Part shown: piece by piece, positions 36,729 through 40,233 of the stretch | Position numbering within the stretch: the first letter of the stretch is position 1 | Layout of the letters: every line of letters starts with the position of its first letter | Source: Basidiobolus meristosporus CBS 931.73 | Taxonomy: Eukaryota > Fungi > Basidiobolomycota | Reading direction: 5' to 3' | Assembly (NCBI GenBank): GCA_002104905.1 | Contig: MCFE01000745.1 | Span: 1-40,233, forward strand | Length of the DNA stretch: 40,233 nt | Made by a program: the position numbers and the translations under genes | Notes under the pieces: model-generated | The model's input: the letters and a program-made list of their open reading frames with translations, nothing else | Databases searched by the model: none | What the model was told of the DNA's origin: nothing

Positions 36729-39700
36729 ATGAGCCCCAAGCTGTCACTCTCTGCAATATCTACTACTGCTATTACTGGAACTTTTCCCTCTGCTGAAAAG
36801 TTGGATGGATCTAACTACCAAGTGTGGAAGGTGAAGATGAAGATGCTGCTACAAGAAAGAGGCCTTTGGGATATTGTCATGGGAGAAGAATGCCCTCCTA
36901 AAAACGTGGGAGAGGAAGCCTTGAAGTACCAGAAGAAAGAACAAAGTGTCTTTAACTGCATTTGCCTTAATGTCAAGGACAAATTGCTAATTCAATGCTC
37001 AAGAGCAAAAATGGCAAAGAATGCCTGGAAGGCATTAGAAGACACCTACCAGTCATGTTCAGCTGCTAAGAAAATGTATCTGAGAAGAAAATTCTTTACT
37101 ACAAAGATGCTGCCAGGAGAAGAAATGAAAAATCTAATTAACAGAATTACCCTGCTGGTAGATGAGATGGAATCTGTGGGCGTACCAACTACTGATGAGG
37201 ATGTGATAGTTACCATCCTGAAGAGCCTGACAGACAAGTTTCAGGGCCTTGCATCAGCCCTAGAGTCCAGAACTGAAGATTTGGCCTTAAATTACGTATA
37301 TGGAAGGCTCCTGGATGAAGAATTAAGAAAATCAAGCACCAATAAGAAGGAAGAAGAAAATGCTTTAATAAGCAATGATAACCAACAAAGGAGGTACCCA
37401 AGACCCTACAAAGGAAACAGCAACCTATTTTGCAACTACTGCAATAGGAAAGGACACATATCAGACCGGTGTTTCAAAAAGAGAGATTATCAGCAAAAGA
37501 AGCCTGAATATGAAAATGCTGCAACAACTGAAGATAGACTATTCATATCTGCACTAAATATGACCACAAACAAGGATTCTCAGATGTGGTATATTGACTC
37601 TGGAGCTTCTCAACACTTTACACACCACAAAGAACTTTTTACCCAATATCAAGAAATTCCAATTAAGAAGGTTTTCATGGGTGACAATAGAACACTTGAT
37701 GCAGTGGGAGAAGGAACTATCCAAGTAAACCTTAGAAGCAGTGAAGGAAGCCATACACTGACTTTCAAAGAAGTACTCTATGTACCAGAAATAGCCAAGA
37801 ATCTACTCTCTGTAAGCAAGGCCACAGCAGAAGGACTCAGTTTCAGTTTTGACAATTCTGGATGCAGGATCACTGATCAAAATGGTGCTCATATTGCTTT
37901 GGGCATCAGAGATCAGAATCTATACAAGTTGACTTATATTCCATCATATCTGGAAGCCAATATAAGTAACTTAAATGAAGAAACACCAATGCTTTGGCAC
38001 AGGAGATTTGGACACATCAATTTTGATTATTTGCGTAAAATGATCAAAGATCAGCTAATTTCTGGAGTGAAAATTGATCCCCCAGCTAATTTGGAGCACT
38101 GTGAAGCCTGCATATATGGGATACAAGCCAGACAACCGTTCAAGAGCTCTGGGTTAATCAAAACTAAGAAAAAACTAGATCTAATTCACTCAGATCTGTG
38201 TGGACCTATGCAAAATTTATCCTTAGGCGGGATGAAGTATTTAATCACTTTTATTGATGATTATACAAGATACACATGGGTCTACTTCATGGAGAAAAAG
38301 GAAGAAGCTCTGTTTAAGCTCAGGGAGTTTAAAGCCATGGTGGAGAGACAAACTGGTGAAAAAATCAAGAAAATACGCTCTGACAATGGTGGAGAATATA
38401 CCTCCAAACTCTTCATTCACTTCTGCAAGTTCATGGGATAAAGCAAGAGACTACTGTACCATACTCCCCACAGCAAAATGGAGTAGCAGAACAAGCTAAC
38501 AGATCAATGATTGATATGGCAAGATCTATGATCCATGATCAAAAATTATCCTATGATTTTTGGGCGGAATCAGTTGCCACTGCTGTATATCTTAAAAATA
38601 GGAGTTATAACAGAATACTTTGTGATTCTACTCCATTTGAAGCATGGTATGGATACAGACTAAGTGCAGAATATCTAAGAATATTTGGGTGTACAGCATA
38701 TGCCAAAAAACTGGCCGGAAATCAGTCAAAATTTGAGCCAAAAAGTGTAAAATGCATATTTTTGGGCTACTGCAATGAGAGTAAGGCATACAGACTCTAC
38801 AATACCAAAGCAAAGAAGCTGATCAAGTCCAGGGATGTGTTGTTTGATGAAAATTCATAATTTTCACAAAAAATGACATCAGATGATGACAAAAATTTGA
38901 TCTCAAGTCCACCAATTGTCAGGATTGAATCAGAGCAAAACAATGAAATTTTTTTCACTCCAGAGGACTCTACAACCGTGGTTCAGCCAGAATCAGTGCC
39001 CAGGAATATCCCAGAAGTGATCATTCCAGTATCAAATGCCTGGAGATCCAATCAGACAAGAAACAGCCCAAATTACTATATCAATGAGGGTACAAACTTA
39101 GCCTATGCCCATTCAGTCCATATTGATGAGCCCCAGACTGTAAAAGAGGCCCTAAATAGCCCTCAGACAAAGTTTCGGAGATCTGCAATGACTGAGGAAT
39201 ATCAGGCCCTGATGGAAAATCAAACTTGGGACTTAGTCAAATTACCAATCAACCAAAAATCAATTGGATGCAGATGGGTCTTCAAGACAAAATACAAGGC
39301 TGATGGTACAATTGAAAGATACAAAGCAAGACTTGTAGCCAAAGGATACTCTCAAACAAAAGGACTTGACTATAATGAGACCTTTGCACCGGTAGCCAAG
39401 TTTAATTCCATCAGATTAATATTGGCTATTGCAGCCAAATATAAGTTTTTTATTCATCAAATGGATGTAAAAACTGCACTTCTGAATGGAGAACTTGATG
39501 AGGACATGTATATGGACCAGCCTGATGGGTTTGCTGACCAAGATAACCCCCATTTGGTCTGCAAGCTTAAAAAGTCACTATATGGTCTCAAACAATCACC
39601 GAGAGCCTGGAATTGCTAGATAGATTCTTATTTGGAATCTTTGAGTTTCAAAAGAAGTAATGCTGACTATAGTATATACTATAAGCCAGATAGAGCAAAT

Positions 39701-40233
39701 CCAGTTCTATTAGCTCAATATGTGGATGATCTTATTATAGCCACCAATAATCTAGAAACATTGGAAGAAACTAAATTCAGCCTATCTAAGGAGTTCAAGA
39801 TGTCTGATTTAGGAGAACTTAGTTACTACTTAGGGATTAAGTTCTCCATAGACAGAAGTACCCAGACTATCACCCTAAGCCAATCCAAGTATATTCAAGA
39901 TATACTAAAGAAGTACAAAATGGAAGACTGTAAACCGGCAGCTACCCCAATGGAGACAAACCTTAACTTGGTCAAAACTCAACCAAATCAAGAGAGCTTG
40001 GTGCCATCTGAAAGCCCTGACTTTCCCTTACCAATCTATGGTTGGCAGTCTGATGATATATCATGCTTGGAACACGTCCAGATATCTCATATTCAGTGGG
40101 AGTTGTCAGCCAACATAATCAGAACTATGGATCTGATCATATTGCAGCAGTTAAGCGGATTTTTAGATACCTAAAAGGAACTGCTGATATTTGCTAAAGA
40201 TACACTTATAAGGACTCAGAATAAGATCTTGTG
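36729..40233 (+). pseudogene. gag-pol of copia copy 2
   Basis: Same domains as copy 1. It has a 1-nt deletion near 38430 (integrase), a private TAG at 39617-39619 (RT), insertions near 40025-40055, and the same three TAA stops as copy 1. Confidence 0.93.

Larger units (their letters stand above)
36376..40233 (+). mobile_element. Ty1/copia LTR retrotransposon copy 2, defective, runs off the window end
   Basis: Direct repeat of copy 1 at an offset of ~4165 nt, with its own LTR and PBS. Confidence 0.95.

Overview
Eukaryotic, intron-rich fungal genomic DNA. It looks like an early-diverging (Mucoromycota/Zoopagomycota-type) fungus, but that is inferred from gene content and short introns only. 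The window has three zones. (1) 1-6.7 kb is a compact housekeeping block: RPL19 (5'-truncated), TFIIE-beta/TFA2 (-) and coatomer beta'/SEC27 (+). (2) 9.9-24.5 kb holds four consecutive transcription regulators separated by 1.7-2.5 kb spacers: a Zn2Cys6/Fungal_trans factor, a two-finger SreA/Fep1-like GATA factor with atypical metal-binding architecture, an Opi1-like repressor (-) and a velvet (VosA-like) protein. About 5 kb without a recognisable gene follows. (3) 30.7-40.2 kb is a pile-up of one Ty1/copia family. It has 349-bp LTRs (TGTTGTAA...TTACAACA) and a half-tRNAiMet primer site (GGTTATGAGCCC, copia/Ty5 Hemivirus type). The pile-up comprises one inverted LTR relic and five same-orientation LTRs (or LTR fragments), each left copy interrupted by the next. 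It ends in two ~4.17-kb defective gag-pol copies that share three in-frame TAA stops, all outside the catalytic cores. No rRNA, tRNA or CRISPR was detected. All exon models and alignments were done by hand and need confirmation.
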